64,000 bases of DNA from an uncultured Verrucomicrobiae bacterium (GCA_963740185.1 CAVUDH010000001.1:386839-450838); one strand, 5' to 3'; positions 53,618 through 63,721 are shown, counted from the first letter of the stretch. The notes: a model not told the origin generated them from the letters alone. Made by a program: numbers and translations.

Positions 53618-54790
53618 ATGGGCGAAATCTACGAAGAAAGCCTCACTCTCGACCACTGGCGCGACGCCCAGGATCAACCCACAGAACTCGGCTGCTACCG
53701 CATCGCCACCGATGCCCTGCTGACGTCCGAACCCATCACCTCCGCCGAGCCCGACGAAAAAGAAGCCGAAGGCTACACCGGCAACGCCGGCTGCACCGTC
53801 GACCTCTGGTATCGCCGCGCCGCCATCGTCTTCTGGCGGACATCCGACGACGAAACCATCCGCGCCCACCACGATCTCTCCGGCGCCTGCCAACAACTCA
53901 CCGCACTCGCCCGACAGGAAAAGCACCACCCCTCCGACGCCTTTATCCGCCTCGCGACAGCCATCATCCAGCGCTATCCCGAAGCCCTCCCCTACCACCT
54001 CCACCGATCGACCGCCGCCGCAGAAGACCGCTTCCCCACTCTGCTTAAAGCCCTCGCCACCACCCGCGCCGCCGACCTCTTCGAGCGCCTCGCCGACCGC
54101 GTCCCCGTCGCCGCCTTCACACTCTGCGACGCCCCGCTCTGGAAAAAACTTCTCAACGCCTTCGGCACCGCCAGATGCCAAAGCCTTGTCGACCGCACCA
54201 ACGATCAGCCAATCGAAGAATGCCGCCCCTTCCTCTTCGATCTCCTCGACGCCATCTGGAACGAGCCCGACGCCGCCCCCCTCGCCCGACGCCTCACCGA
54301 GCTTCTCGCCAACCTAGCCCCCAAGCCCCCCGCCAGCCCCGGCTGGAACCGCCCCGCAGAAACCAATCCGCCCGGCGACCCCGCAGAAATCCGCGTCCCC
54401 GCCCGCGAGCCCGGCTCACTCATTCCCGAGCTCACCGCCTTCGCCCAAGCCACCCTCGAAGCCGAGATCGCCCGCCCCCTCGAACCCTACCCCGACTGGA
54501 CCCGCCCCGTCCCCGAAACCGCAGAAAATCGCCCACCACTCATTCGCGAATTACTCACCTTCCTGGCCGACCCCACCGAGTCCACCCACCGATTCAAGCG
54601 CAACCAAGGAGATCGCTCCGTCATCGAGCAATTCATTCGAAGCCACCAACTTGATCTCGACCATCGCACCGAAGAGACCAGCCGCCCCTACTCCCTCATC
54701 TGCAAAAAAACCGAGGCCTCCTTCCACCGCCGCCGCGCCCACCGCGACCGCGAAATCGACCTCGCCGAAAAACTCACCCACCTCGCCTGA
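53618..54790 (+). CDS. Hypothetical protein, same frame as the 2OG oxygenase ORF (probable C-terminal part)
   Basis: Frames of 52667 and 53618 are identical. Only the TAA at 53582-53584 separates them. Confidence 0.65.
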   Translation: MGEIYEESLTLDHWRDAQDQPTELGCYRIATDALLTSEPITSAEPDEKEAEGYTGNAGCTVDLWYRRAAIVFWRTSDDETIRAHHDLSGACQQLTALARQEKHHPSDAFIRLATAIIQRYPEALPYHLHRSTAAAEDRFPTLLKALATTRAADLFERLADRVPVAAFTLCDAPLWKKLLNAFGTARCQSLVDRTNDQPIEECRPFLFDLLDAIWNEPDAAPLARRLTELLANLAPKPPASPGWNRPAETNPPGDPAEIRVPAREPGSLIPELTAFAQATLEAEIARPLEPYPDWTRPVPETAENRPPLIRELLTFLADPTESTHRFKRNQGDRSVIEQFIRSHQLDLDHRTEETSRPYSLICKKTEASFHRRRAHRDREIDLAEKLTHLA

Positions 54791-54851
54791 CCCTACCTTC
54801 GGATTCAGGCACCCACCCCCCCCCACGCATCCCGGCCCGCGCAGAAACCCG

Positions 54852-54945
54852 GCGGGCAGAATGCCCGCACGGGGAGCGCGGGCATCCTGCCCGCTCCTCG
54901 GGGCTTCCAGCCCCGAGGCCCGACCCAACCGCGAAGCGGCACTTC
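54852..54945. repeat. REP-like multi-hairpin element, variant copy 3
   Basis: GCGGGCA-gaa-TGCCCGC, GCGGGCA-tcc-TGCCCGC, CCTCGGGGCT-tcc-AGCCCCGAGG, then ..CGCGAAGCGGCA. Confidence 0.7.
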
Positions 54946-55166
54946 CAACCGCGCACCACCTCGTCAACAGACCGAATACCGACCCCGTTGAAGTCGCTCC
55001 GAGGAAAAATCCCGGCACATTCATCAAGGCAAGCGGACCGATCTGAAACCCATTCACGAATCACGACCACGGCCCCGGACAGGATCCCCGAATACCCCAT
55101 CAGTCCGCAGTCGGCGGTCGGTGCCCGGAGTCAAAACTTCCGGCCCCCCACCGAGAAATCTCCCCC

Positions 55167-55904
55167 CTACCGCGCGGCGACGTCGTTCGACGCCGTCACA
55201 ATTTCCTTCGCCTGGCTCAGGAACTCGTCGCGATTCAGTGTCTTGCTGACTTCGAGCAGCACCTGGCCATCCGCATCGGTGAGGACCATCGACGGAATGT
55301 AGCCGTAGGTGTTCGGTGGCACGGCGCGAACCGGGCTCTTGTCGAGGTCCACCCCCGGCCACGGCATCCGATGATCCTTCAGATACGCAACCTCGGCGTC
55401 GCGGCTTTTGTCGCTGGGAACCAGGACCGCCGCCAACGACGCGTCCCGTCCCTTCAGTTGCTTGTAAAATCGGACCAGCTCTGGCGTGAAAGCTACGCAC
55501 GGTCCACACCACGACGCACTGTAGTAAAAGAGGTAATACTTCGGCGCGGACCCGTCAGAATTGAGAATCGACGCCGAGCCACCCCGATCATCGAGCAAAT
55601 TGCCCTCCAACGCAGCCGGGATCTTCGCCGTGGCGGGAACGGCGTTCGCGGCGACGGCCGCCGCAGCGCTGGCTTGCTCGTCAATCCAAGCCAGGTCCGC
55701 CTCGCTCAGAAAGCTTCGCTGCACATATTGCGCGCGTCCATTCGGGAGCAGCAGGGTGATTTTTTCGCCCTCCACCTTGTGAAAACTCGCCTCCATCGTC
55801 GCCGTCCCGTCGCGGCTCGTCCACGAGCGCAACTCGTCGGCGCTCACGTCCGAATTCAAGAAAAAGATCGATGCGGCCAGCCCGGCGATGAAGCGAATGT
55901 TCAT
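55167..55904 (-). CDS. Secreted thioredoxin-like (nucleoredoxin/TlpA-like) protein with an N-terminal SHD1-like domain
   Basis: Signal peptide, ELRSWTSRDG....A.F......I.LL..NG, then a WCGPC redox motif. Confidence 0.78.
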   Translation of the reverse strand: MNIRFIAGLAASIFFLNSDVSADELRSWTSRDGTATMEASFHKVEGEKITLLLPNGRAQYVQRSFLSEADLAWIDEQASAAAAVAANAVPATAKIPAALEGNLLDDRGGSASILNSDGSAPKYYLFYYSASWCGPCVAFTPELVRFYKQLKGRDASLAAVLVPSDKSRDAEVAYLKDHRMPWPGVDLDKSPVRAVPPNTYGYIPSMVLTDADGQVLLEVSKTLNRDEFLSQAKEIVTASNDVAAR

Positions 55905-55969
55905 GGGCCGAACATTCACGGAATTTAGACCGTTTGCAAGACGGTCCGGCCCCGGGGAATCCCCTAGAT

Positions 55970-56860
55970 TTAGGCGCGAGGATGAAACTGCTTGTGGACG
56001 TTTTTGAGCCGCTTCTGGTCCACGTGGGTGTAGATCTGCGTCGTCGCGATGTCGGCGTGCCCGAGCAATTCCTGGATGATGCGCAGATCGGCCCCGTTCC
56101 CGAGCAGATGCGTGGCAAAACTGTGCCGCAACAAGTGCGGGTAGACGTTTGCCTCCAGCCCGGCGAGCGCGCCGTATTTTTTCACGAGCTGCCACACCCG
56201 CTGCGGCGTGAGGCGCTTGCCGCGATTTGACAAAAAGATCTCCGCCCCCGTCTTCGGCCCGACCAGCCCCGGACGTTCATTCGACAGATACCGGCCGATG
56301 GCATCTCGCGCCGCCTTTCCCACCGGCACCATCCGCGTTTTGTTCCCCTTGCCCGTCACGCGAATCCAACCCTCCTCCGCGTCGAAATTCTCCAGCCTCG
56401 CGTTGCACAATTCCGAAATCCGCAACCCCGACGCGTAAAGCAGTTCAAAGATCGCCCGGTTTCGCAACCCCAGCGGATCGTTGTCGTTCACAGCCGCGAT
56501 CAGCCGCTCGACTTCGGGAACGTTCAGCGTGTCGGGCAGGTAGCGCTCGATCCGCGGGATCGAAATGAACTCCGCCGGGTCGACCCGAAGCCGCCCGCGT
56601 GCCACCAGAAACCGGAAGAAGATCCGAATCGCCACGGCCTCGACCTTGATCGACGCGGCCGCGAGTCCTGCGCGCTTGCGATGCGCCAGGTAGTCACTGA
56701 TGTGCCCGGCCTCGACCGCCGTAGACTCCGTGACCTGCACCGTCTTCGACGCCCACGCGGCGAAGGTCTCCAGCGAGCGGCGGGTCGAAAGTTGGTAATT
56801 CGTGGACAGCCCCCGCTCCGTCGCGAGATAGATCAGAAAATCTTCAAGGTCGGATTCCAT
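55970..56860 (-). CDS. xerD: Tyrosine recombinase XerD-like
   Basis: R..HLLRHSFATHLL..GADLR.IQ.LLGHADI.TTQIYTHV. C-terminal ..FHPRA resembles XerD. Confidence 0.82.
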   Translation of the reverse strand: MESDLEDFLIYLATERGLSTNYQLSTRRSLETFAAWASKTVQVTESTAVEAGHISDYLAHRKRAGLAAASIKVEAVAIRIFFRFLVARGRLRVDPAEFISIPRIERYLPDTLNVPEVERLIAAVNDNDPLGLRNRAIFELLYASGLRISELCNARLENFDAEEGWIRVTGKGNKTRMVPVGKAARDAIGRYLSNERPGLVGPKTGAEIFLSNRGKRLTPQRVWQLVKKYGALAGLEANVYPHLLRHSFATHLLGNGADLRIIQELLGHADIATTQIYTHVDQKRLKNVHKQFHPRA

Positions 56861-57749
56861 GACCCGACGCGTCGAATTTCAGCCCCGTCAGCCGGGTGTA
56901 AGCATCGACGTATTTTTCCGAAGTCCGCCGGGCCACGTCCGGTGGCAGCTCCGGGGCCGGGTCCGTCTTGTCCCAATCCAGCGTCTCGAGGTAGTCGCGC
57001 ACGTATTGTTTGTCGAAGCTGAGCGGACTTGACCCGACCTCGTATTGGTCCGCCTGCCAGAACCGCGACGAGTCCGGCGTCAGGCATTCGTCGATCAGAA
57101 CGAGGTCGCCGTCGACCATTCCGAATTCAAACTTCGTGTCCGCAATGATGATCCCCCGCTGCGCCGCGATGGCCCGCCCGTGTTCGTAGAGTTCGACGCT
57201 CCAATCCCGGACCTGCAGAGCGACCTCATCGCCGAGGAGCGCGCGACATTGGTGCCACGAAATGTTCTCGTCGTGTCCCGACGTCGCCTTCGTCGACGGC
57301 GTGAAGATCGGCTCCGGCAGCTTCTCGGCCTGCCGCAATCCCGCGGGCACCCCGTGCCCGCAGACCCCGCCCGACCGCTGGTAATCCGCCCAACCCGAGC
57401 CCGCGAGGTAACCCCGCACCACGCACTCGACCGGTAGCGGCATCGCCTTTTCGACGACCATCGACCGACCCGCCAGCATCTCCTCGTGCGGCTTCAGAGC
57501 TTCCGGAAACGACCCCGGTTTCAGCTCGGTCAAATGATTGGGAACAAAATCCAGCCGCTCGAACCAGAACTGCGAAAGCTGCGTCAGCACACTCCCCTTC
57601 GAAGGGATCGCCGTCGGCAGGATGCAATCGAACGCCGAGATCCGATCCGTCGCCACGATGAGCAGCCGCTCGCCCAGATCAAACACCTCGCGCACCTTTC
57701 CGCTGCGCAATTTTTTAATACCTCGCAGGTCAACCGTCAGAACATCCAT
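56844..57749 (-). CDS. purC: Phosphoribosylaminoimidazole-succinocarboxamide synthase
   Basis: SGKVREVF......L..ATDRISAFD, long-form PurC. ..DTKFEFG... Confidence 0.92.
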   Translation of the reverse strand: MDVLTVDLRGIKKLRSGKVREVFDLGERLLIVATDRISAFDCILPTAIPSKGSVLTQLSQFWFERLDFVPNHLTELKPGSFPEALKPHEEMLAGRSMVVEKAMPLPVECVVRGYLAGSGWADYQRSGGVCGHGVPAGLRQAEKLPEPIFTPSTKATSGHDENISWHQCRALLGDEVALQVRDWSVELYEHGRAIAAQRGIIIADTKFEFGMVDGDLVLIDECLTPDSSRFWQADQYEVGSSPLSFDKQYVRDYLETLDWDKTDPAPELPPDVARRTSEKYVDAYTRLTGLKFDASGHGIRP

Positions 57750-58355
57750 CTCCGCGCGACCCTATTTTCGCCGCTCCAAAAGGCAATTTTCTTCCACACC
57801 GCCCGATCAGGACCGCTTCAGGCTCCTGAGCGCCTGAAGGTTTGACTCGCTCAATACCGAGGCACCATCTCCACTGATACCTGCTGATAACTGAGCAACG
57901 TAATCCGCAACCTTCCAAGGTGAAGCTATTTGCAGTCCGGGAATTAGAAGGGAAGCCGCTGATTGCACAGATTGCACGGATGGCGAGCCGCACTCGCGAC
58001 CCACGGGCTTTTGTCTTCCTGTGTCCTCTGTGAAATCCGTGGTTCAAGAATTAAGACGTTGTCGTCGGAGCGGTCTGCCGATTCCTGGGCTTCTCCCGTT
58101 TCCAAACCGCGACGCCGTTCTCGTGGTGGAAAGGAAGTTGAGAGTTCAAAGTCGATTGGCTGGGAATCAGCAGCTCGCGTGGCTTGCGCCGATTACCTGC
58201 CGAGGGAAATTGCAATTTGGTGCAAGTGACTCATTTTCAGACCTCAACCCTCAACAACCCCCTTTCTTTCCGAGGTCGATCCGTCAGATGCGAGCCCGGA
58301 GCCTCTCGGGAAATCTCGTTGGCGAGTGGAAAAGTTTCGCCTTGGATGTGTGGGA

Positions 58356-59900
58356 ATGGCCCCGCCCCCTCCAGCCACCGAGCCCGCCCCGTCGCTCGTC
58401 GACGCGCTGGAACCAAAGGGTCACTACGGCCTCCGGCAATGGGCGGGCTGGGTCCTTGGCCCAGGATTCCTGATCCTCACCCTCCTCGTCGATCCACCCA
58501 TTGGATTGAGCGTCGCCGGATGGCGAACCGCGGGCGCAGCCGGGCTCATGGCCGTGTGGTGGATCAGCGAATCGGTCCCCATCCCGGTGACGGCTCTCCT
58601 CCCCCTGGTGCTCTTTCCCCCGCTCGAGCTCGGTTCGATCAAGGATGTGGCGGCGCCCTACGCCAACCCAATGGTCTATCTCTTTCTTGGTGGATTTCTC
58701 ATCGCCCTCGCGATGCAGCGCTGGAATCTCCATCGCCGCATCGCCATCGGATTGATCTCGGCTCTGGGGACCCGTCCGGACCGGATCGTCGCCGGATTTC
58801 TCATTGCCGGCGCCTTGATCAGCATGTGGGTGAGCAACACCGCGACCGCCCTGATGATGCTCCCCATCGCGATGTCGGTCGTCACGCTCGCGAGAGGGAT
58901 CGAGGGTATCAACCAACCCGGCAAGGACTTCGGAGCCGCGCTCATGTTGGCGGTAGCCTACGGGGCGACGACCGGCGGCATGGCCACCCTCATTGGCACT
59001 CCGCCCAACGCCCTGCTCGCTGGCTACCTGAATCGCGTCTACGATTCCGAAATCGGCTTCGGCCAGTGGATGCTGATCGGCCTGCCGGTCACGTTGATCG
59101 CCCTTCCCCTGGTCTACCTCGTGCTGACCAGAATCTCGTTTCGTTTGGGAAATCAACCCGTTCACGGCATGGAGGAACTTATCGCGACGGAACGCGCGAA
59201 CCTGGGAAAATTCTCGCTCGGAGAAGGACTGGTCACCCTCGTCTTCGTCCTCACGGCACTGGGATGGATTCTCCGACCGCTCATCGAACGCAGCCTGCCG
59301 ATGATCTCGGACACCACCATCGCAATGGCCGGCGGCGTGGCGCTCTTTCTGCTGCCGACCAATTTGAAGCGGGGCGAATTCGTCATGAACTGGGATGCTA
59401 CCAAAGGAATGCCCTGGGAAGTCCTCCTGCTCTTCGGCGGAGGACTCGGCCTTGCCGGCGCGATTCAGGAACACGGCCTGTCCGAATATCTCGGCTCACT
59501 CTGCGCCGCACTCGGTGGCTGGCACGTCATCCTCATCCTCGCCGTGATCTGTCTGGGAATGCTGATGCTCACCGAACTCACCAGCAACACCGCGACCGCC
59601 GCGACCTTCCTGCCGATCGTTGCGGCGGTCGCCGTCAGCCTCGGGCAAAATCCCCTCCTCTTCCTCGTTCCGACCGCCCTGGCCGCCAACTGCTCCTACA
59701 TGATGCCGGTCGGCACCCCGCCCAACGCCATTGTCTTCGGCAGCGGCGTCCTGCAACTTCCCCAAATGGCCCGGGCCGGATTCCTCCTCAACTTGCTGCT
59801 CGTGCCACTCGTCGTCCTCCTCGTCTGGTTTTTGGGGCCACTCGTCTTCGACCTGCACCTGAACACCCTCCCCGACTGGGTGCCAGCCGCCGACCGGTAG
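58356..59900 (+). CDS. DASS/SLC13-family anion:sodium symporter
   Basis: AVWWISESVPIPVTALLP..L.P and a second SNTATA..LPI motif in the C-terminal half. An alternative GTG start lies at 58326. Confidence 0.85.
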   Translation: MAPPPPATEPAPSLVDALEPKGHYGLRQWAGWVLGPGFLILTLLVDPPIGLSVAGWRTAGAAGLMAVWWISESVPIPVTALLPLVLFPPLELGSIKDVAAPYANPMVYLFLGGFLIALAMQRWNLHRRIAIGLISALGTRPDRIVAGFLIAGALISMWVSNTATALMMLPIAMSVVTLARGIEGINQPGKDFGAALMLAVAYGATTGGMATLIGTPPNALLAGYLNRVYDSEIGFGQWMLIGLPVTLIALPLVYLVLTRISFRLGNQPVHGMEELIATERANLGKFSLGEGLVTLVFVLTALGWILRPLIERSLPMISDTTIAMAGGVALFLLPTNLKRGEFVMNWDATKGMPWEVLLLFGGGLGLAGAIQEHGLSEYLGSLCAALGGWHVILILAVICLGMLMLTELTSNTATAATFLPIVAAVAVSLGQNPLLFLVPTALAANCSYMMPVGTPPNAIVFGSGVLQLPQMARAGFLLNLLLVPLVVLLVWFLGPLVFDLHLNTLPDWVPAADR

Positions 59901-60007
59901 AGCCCTCGCCAGCTTCCTCTGCCCATCCGCCAGACCAACGATCCGCCCGCTTCCCAGTTGATCTTTTCCGCCGGGCGTGACTACCAGCAGACTAACCCTT
60001 CTCCGAA

Positions 60008-60907
60008 TTGAACTCGCTCCAGCACTCTTGCCCCCTTGCCCCGTCTTCCGTCGTCGCCGCGCTGACCCTTCTTCTCGTCGGCGCAACGTTCGCCCACGCC
60101 GAGAAACTCGAAGCCGATCTTTCCGGCAGGGTTCTCCTGTTCGAGCCCGCCGAAACCATCGACCGACAGATGGACGCCCACGTCATTCTGCGTTCGGAAC
60201 TCGGGCTCATCGAGGACATCGAAGTTTACACCGAATGGAGCGGCCCGCTGGGTGCCCGGCAAAAGAGCTGGGAATTCTACGACGTCGTCGGCACGCAATA
60301 CGCTGGATACGTCGAGCGGCTCTTCACCGACGACAGCGGCATCATCCGATTCAGCCGCACCGAGGTCAGCGGATTCATTTCGCAGGAAATTGACGCAAAG
60401 TCCGGCTCCGGCGAAGTGTCGTGGATCATCGACGAAGACGGCGACTTCCGCGACGAAACCGAGGACCCCGAAGACTCCGACCTGGACCTCGACGGCGTCC
60501 CCGACGACATCGATCCCGAAATCGACACGCCCGAGCGGGACGCCGACGAAGAAGGGGAACTGAACCTCGTCCTCTTCCGCTCCATCAATTTCAAATCCAC
60601 CGGCGACAACGATCACCCGGAGGTCACCCTCGTCGAAGAAGGTGATGAGACGCTCTCCGAAGGACTCGCCCGCCGCCACGAAGCCGAGTTGGAGGGAATC
60701 GGCGACGGCTCCCTCGCATTCGACCAGAACCGAGCCAACCGCGAACGCGAAGAAGCACTCGAAGAGGCCCAGCCGGACGCTCAGCCGGACTCGGGTCCCT
60801 CCCCCGACCCGACGCCCGATGCGGAGTTGGACAATGGTTTCGATGAAGAAACGGATGAGTTTATCGATGACCCCGACCCCGACCCCGACATCGATTCCTC
60901 GATCTGA
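60008..60907 (+). CDS. Secreted, extremely acidic hypothetical protein
   Basis: TTG start, signal peptide (..LLLVGATFAHA). The C-terminal half is dominated by D/E/P. Confidence 0.5.
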   Translation: MNSLQHSCPLAPSSVVAALTLLLVGATFAHAEKLEADLSGRVLLFEPAETIDRQMDAHVILRSELGLIEDIEVYTEWSGPLGARQKSWEFYDVVGTQYAGYVERLFTDDSGIIRFSRTEVSGFISQEIDAKSGSGEVSWIIDEDGDFRDETEDPEDSDLDLDGVPDDIDPEIDTPERDADEEGELNLVLFRSINFKSTGDNDHPEVTLVEEGDETLSEGLARRHEAELEGIGDGSLAFDQNRANREREEALEEAQPDAQPDSGPSPDPTPDAELDNGFDEETDEFIDDPDPDPDIDSSI

Positions 60908-60949
60908 CGGGACGGCACCGCTCCGGACTCGAGGCAGCGACCCGCACGA

Positions 60950-61630
60950 TCAGGTCGAACGAGCGAAGCGGGCAATCAAGAGCAAGTCACACCGATAAAA
61001 ATCGGTGAGAATTTCCTGCTCGCGGCTTCCGACGGTTGGCACCGACGACGCAGCGTTCGTCCGATTCTTCGATTGCAATTCGACCCCCCGAATTCCGAGC
61101 TGCCCGCAAATCCGGGCGAACGCCCCGGGCAACGACCCAAAGTGCCCCGCAAAATCGAGGCAGGGAACCCCGTTTTCATCCGAGACGAAAAACGTCTGCG
61201 GGCGGAAGTGGACGTAATTTTGGATGCTTGAGTCCTCCCGAAACGCCGCGACAAACGTCGGAAAATCGCCGAACGCTTCGCGGTGATCCTTTCGGAATCT
61301 CGAGTCCTGTTCGTTGATCCCACCGCCGCGCAGAAATCGATAAGCGGAAACGAAACGATCCACCGGATCGCGGAGAATACAAAATTTCCAATAGCGCGTC
61401 ATCGTCCTCGGGTCCGCCAGCGCGCACCGGCGATAAATCCGGTGATTGGTATGGTGCCCTTCGAGCAAACTCTCGCTGATCGCGATACCGCCGGTTTTGG
61501 GGATGTGAAAAAAGACGCACTGATGCCGTCGCTCGAATGGACTCAAAAAATCCTCCTCCTCCGCCAACCCCAACCGTCGGCGAATTCGGTTCCGTTGGTG
61601 AATGGTGAGCAACTTGGCCGGGTGAATCAT
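60950..61630 (-). CDS. Sulfotransferase-family protein (PKTGG-type 5'-PSB loop)
   Basis: FFHIPKTGG near the N-terminus and RDPVDRFVSAY (3'-PB-like). Confidence 0.72.
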   Translation of the reverse strand: MIHPAKLLTIHQRNRIRRRLGLAEEEDFLSPFERRHQCVFFHIPKTGGIAISESLLEGHHTNHRIYRRCALADPRTMTRYWKFCILRDPVDRFVSAYRFLRGGGINEQDSRFRKDHREAFGDFPTFVAAFREDSSIQNYVHFRPQTFFVSDENGVPCLDFAGHFGSLPGAFARICGQLGIRGVELQSKNRTNAASSVPTVGSREQEILTDFYRCDLLLIARFARST

Positions 61631-61673
61631 CGAAAATTTCGCTCCGCGAAGGATCTATCGCTGGTTCTCCTCC

Positions 61674-61701
61674 CACTCAACTCTCAACTCCGAACTCTCA
61701 A
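61674..61701. repeat. Heptamer array (CACTCAA CTCTCAA CTCCGAA CTCTCAA)
   Basis: Four 7-nt units, 44 nt upstream of the sulfotransferase start on the opposite strand. Confidence 0.8.
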
Positions 61702-61759
61702 CCAGCTCAGGGTCGAGGTCGGTCCTTCATAACGACACGTCCACCCAAAGCGTTAAGGT

Positions 61760-62492
61760 TCACCTCAGATCTTCACTCGACGTTCCGACCACCGTCTCCT
61801 CGGTGTAGACCTCCCGATTACTCGCCTGAAACTCCGCCTTGAGCTGCACCAGCAGCTTCGATAGATCGACCAACTCCCACGCATCCAACCGAAACTTCCG
61901 TCCGCTTTCGCCGTTGTGGCGGAAGCCCGCCAGCAAATGCACCGCATCCTCGTGCACCTTGCTCGTCCCCCCGCGAGGTTCGTAATAAAATGTCCGCAAC
62001 GACGAATCCCGACTCTCCGGACCCGTATAATTTCGGGTCCAGAAAAAGCACCTTCCCCCCATCCGTCACGATCCGCAGGTCCGGGTACCCCGAACGCTGC
62101 TCCTTGCCGTCCACCGTCGTCGGCACACCACACGTCCACCCGGGAATCGCCCCCACCGTTTCCTGGAGTTCAACTTCGACGTAGCGACTGGCCTCGTTCA
62201 CCCGGCCCACTTTGTGGATCGGATGGTCGGGATCATTGAGCCGCTTCACCGCCGCATCGATTGCCCCGCCCAGGGTCTCCAAGATCCCCGCATCCCCCAC
62301 CCGGTCCACCGCCACGATTTCCTGCCCGGTCGTCGCCCGAACCACCTCGGCAAACGGCACTTCTTCCAAACCCTCACGGTTCTCCAATAACCACGGAATC
62401 AACGAACCCACCTCGTCCGAAACGGAGTGGCGGCTTCCAGCCGCCAACACCAACAGCAGCACCAGCGCGACCCTTCTTCGGCAAGCTCTCAC
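61760..62492 (-). CDS. Signal-peptide hypothetical protein coupled to deoA, frame break near 62008-62024
   Basis: GTG start overlaps the deoA TGA (GTGA). The N-terminal part lies in ORF 61818-63251 and the C-terminal part in ORF 61760-62062. Deleting one C from either CCC run joins them. Confidence 0.5.
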
Positions 62493-63721
62493 CCGACCTC
62501 CACCGCTCGGGACAGCGTCCGCGCCGCCACGCCCGCTGCCTCCTCCGTTCGCGCGTGGATCTTTAACAAGGACTCCCCTCGTTCCACCGACTCGCCGATT
62601 TTTTTGATTTCGCTGAACCCGACGGCGAAATCCACCGCGTCCGAAGCCACCCGCCGACCCGCGCCCAACTGCACGCTCGCCCGCCCGATCTCGCCGGCAT
62701 CCATCCGCGTCACAACTCCATCCGCTCGCGCGGCAAATTCCCGCACCACCGGTGCCGAGTGCACCTCGCCCAGTCGCTCCAATGCCGCCGACTCTCCACT
62801 TTGCGCCTCGACCATCGCCACGAATTTCTCCCAGGCCGCGCCCGAATCCAACCGCTCCGCCAACTGTTCCCGCGAACTTTCCGACACCCTCGCCGCCAGG
62901 TCCAAAGTCAGCTCCCGCACGTCCTCCGGCCCGCCGCCCTGCAACAAATCGACCGATTCCATCACCTCCAGCGCGTTTCCCACCGTTCGGCCCAACGGCT
63001 GATTCATGTCCGAAATCAAGAACTCCGTCCGCACCCCATTCTCCTGCGCCGTCGCCCGCAGCGCCCCCGCTAATTCCTCCGCCTCGGCTGCCGTTTTCAT
63101 GAACGCCCCACTCCCCCACTTCACGTCCAGCACCAGGCGATCCAGCGACTCGGCCAATTTCTTCGACAGAATGCTCGCCACAATCAAGGCCTGTGAAGGC
63201 ACCGTCCCCGTCACATCCCGGAGCGCGTAAAGCTTCTTGTCCGCCGGGCAAAAATCCGACGTCTGCCCCGCCATGAATACCCCAATCCGCTCCAGTTGCC
63301 GAAGCGCCGCTTCCTCCGACAAGCCCACGTCAAATCCCGGGATCGCCTCCAGTTTATCCAGCGTTCCCCCCGTAATGCCCAGTCCCCGCCCCGACACCAT
63401 CGGCACCCACACCCCGTCACACGCCAACAACGGAGCCAGGATCAGCGAAATCTTGTCCCCCACTCCTCCAGTCGAATGCTTATCGACCTTCGGCGGCGTC
63501 CCGTCCGGATAGGAAAATACCCGCCCGCTGTCCCGCATCGCCGCCGTCAGCGCCGCCGTCTCGCGCGTCGTCATCCCGGCAAAAAACACCGCCATCGCCC
63601 ACGCGCTCATTTGATAATCCGCCACCTCCCCCCGGGTAAACCCTCCGATCAACTTCCCGATTTCACCGGCCGTCAACTCCTCCCCATCGCGCTTTCGTTC
63701 GATCAACTGCGGAACATGCAT
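62489..63721 (-). CDS. deoA: Thymidine/pyrimidine-nucleoside phosphorylase
   Basis: LIERKRDG..L...EI........G...DYQ.SA.AMA, VDKHSTGGVGDK, SGRGLG.TGGTLDKLE. Confidence 0.9.
   Translation of the reverse strand: MHVPQLIERKRDGEELTAGEIGKLIGGFTRGEVADYQMSAWAMAVFFAGMTTRETAALTAAMRDSGRVFSYPDGTPPKVDKHSTGGVGDKISLILAPLLACDGVWVPMVSGRGLGITGGTLDKLEAIPGFDVGLSEEAALRQLERIGVFMAGQTSDFCPADKKLYALRDVTGTVPSQALIVASILSKKLAESLDRLVLDVKWGSGAFMKTAAEAEELAGALRATAQENGVRTEFLISDMNQPLGRTVGNALEVMESVDLLQGGGPEDVRELTLDLAARVSESSREQLAERLDSGAAWEKFVAMVEAQSGESAALERLGEVHSAPVVREFAARADGVVTRMDAGEIGRASVQLGAGRRVASDAVDFAVGFSEIKKIGESVERGESLLKIHARTEEAAGVAARTLSRAVEVG

Noticed and set aside
55970-56860. The XerD-like recombinase considered as the integrase of a mobile element.
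   Set aside because: The sequence ends like chromosomal XerD (..FHPRA). The gene overlaps purC in an operon-like arrangement, and I saw no flanking direct repeats or cargo genes.
57830-57960. Possible SRP/4.5S-like RNA, because of CAGTCCGGGAATTAGAAGGGAAGCCGC.
   Set aside because: There is only loose resemblance to the GGUCCGGAAGGAAGCAGCC domain-IV motif. I could not draw the conserved symmetric and asymmetric loops or a closing helix. It needs an Infernal scan before any call.
61760-62492. PD-(D/E)xK nuclease-like motif (YPDLRIV...FLDPK) in the deoA-coupled gene.
   Set aside because: The motif is too short and generic. The protein has a signal peptide, which argues against a cytoplasmic nuclease. 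I left it as hypothetical.
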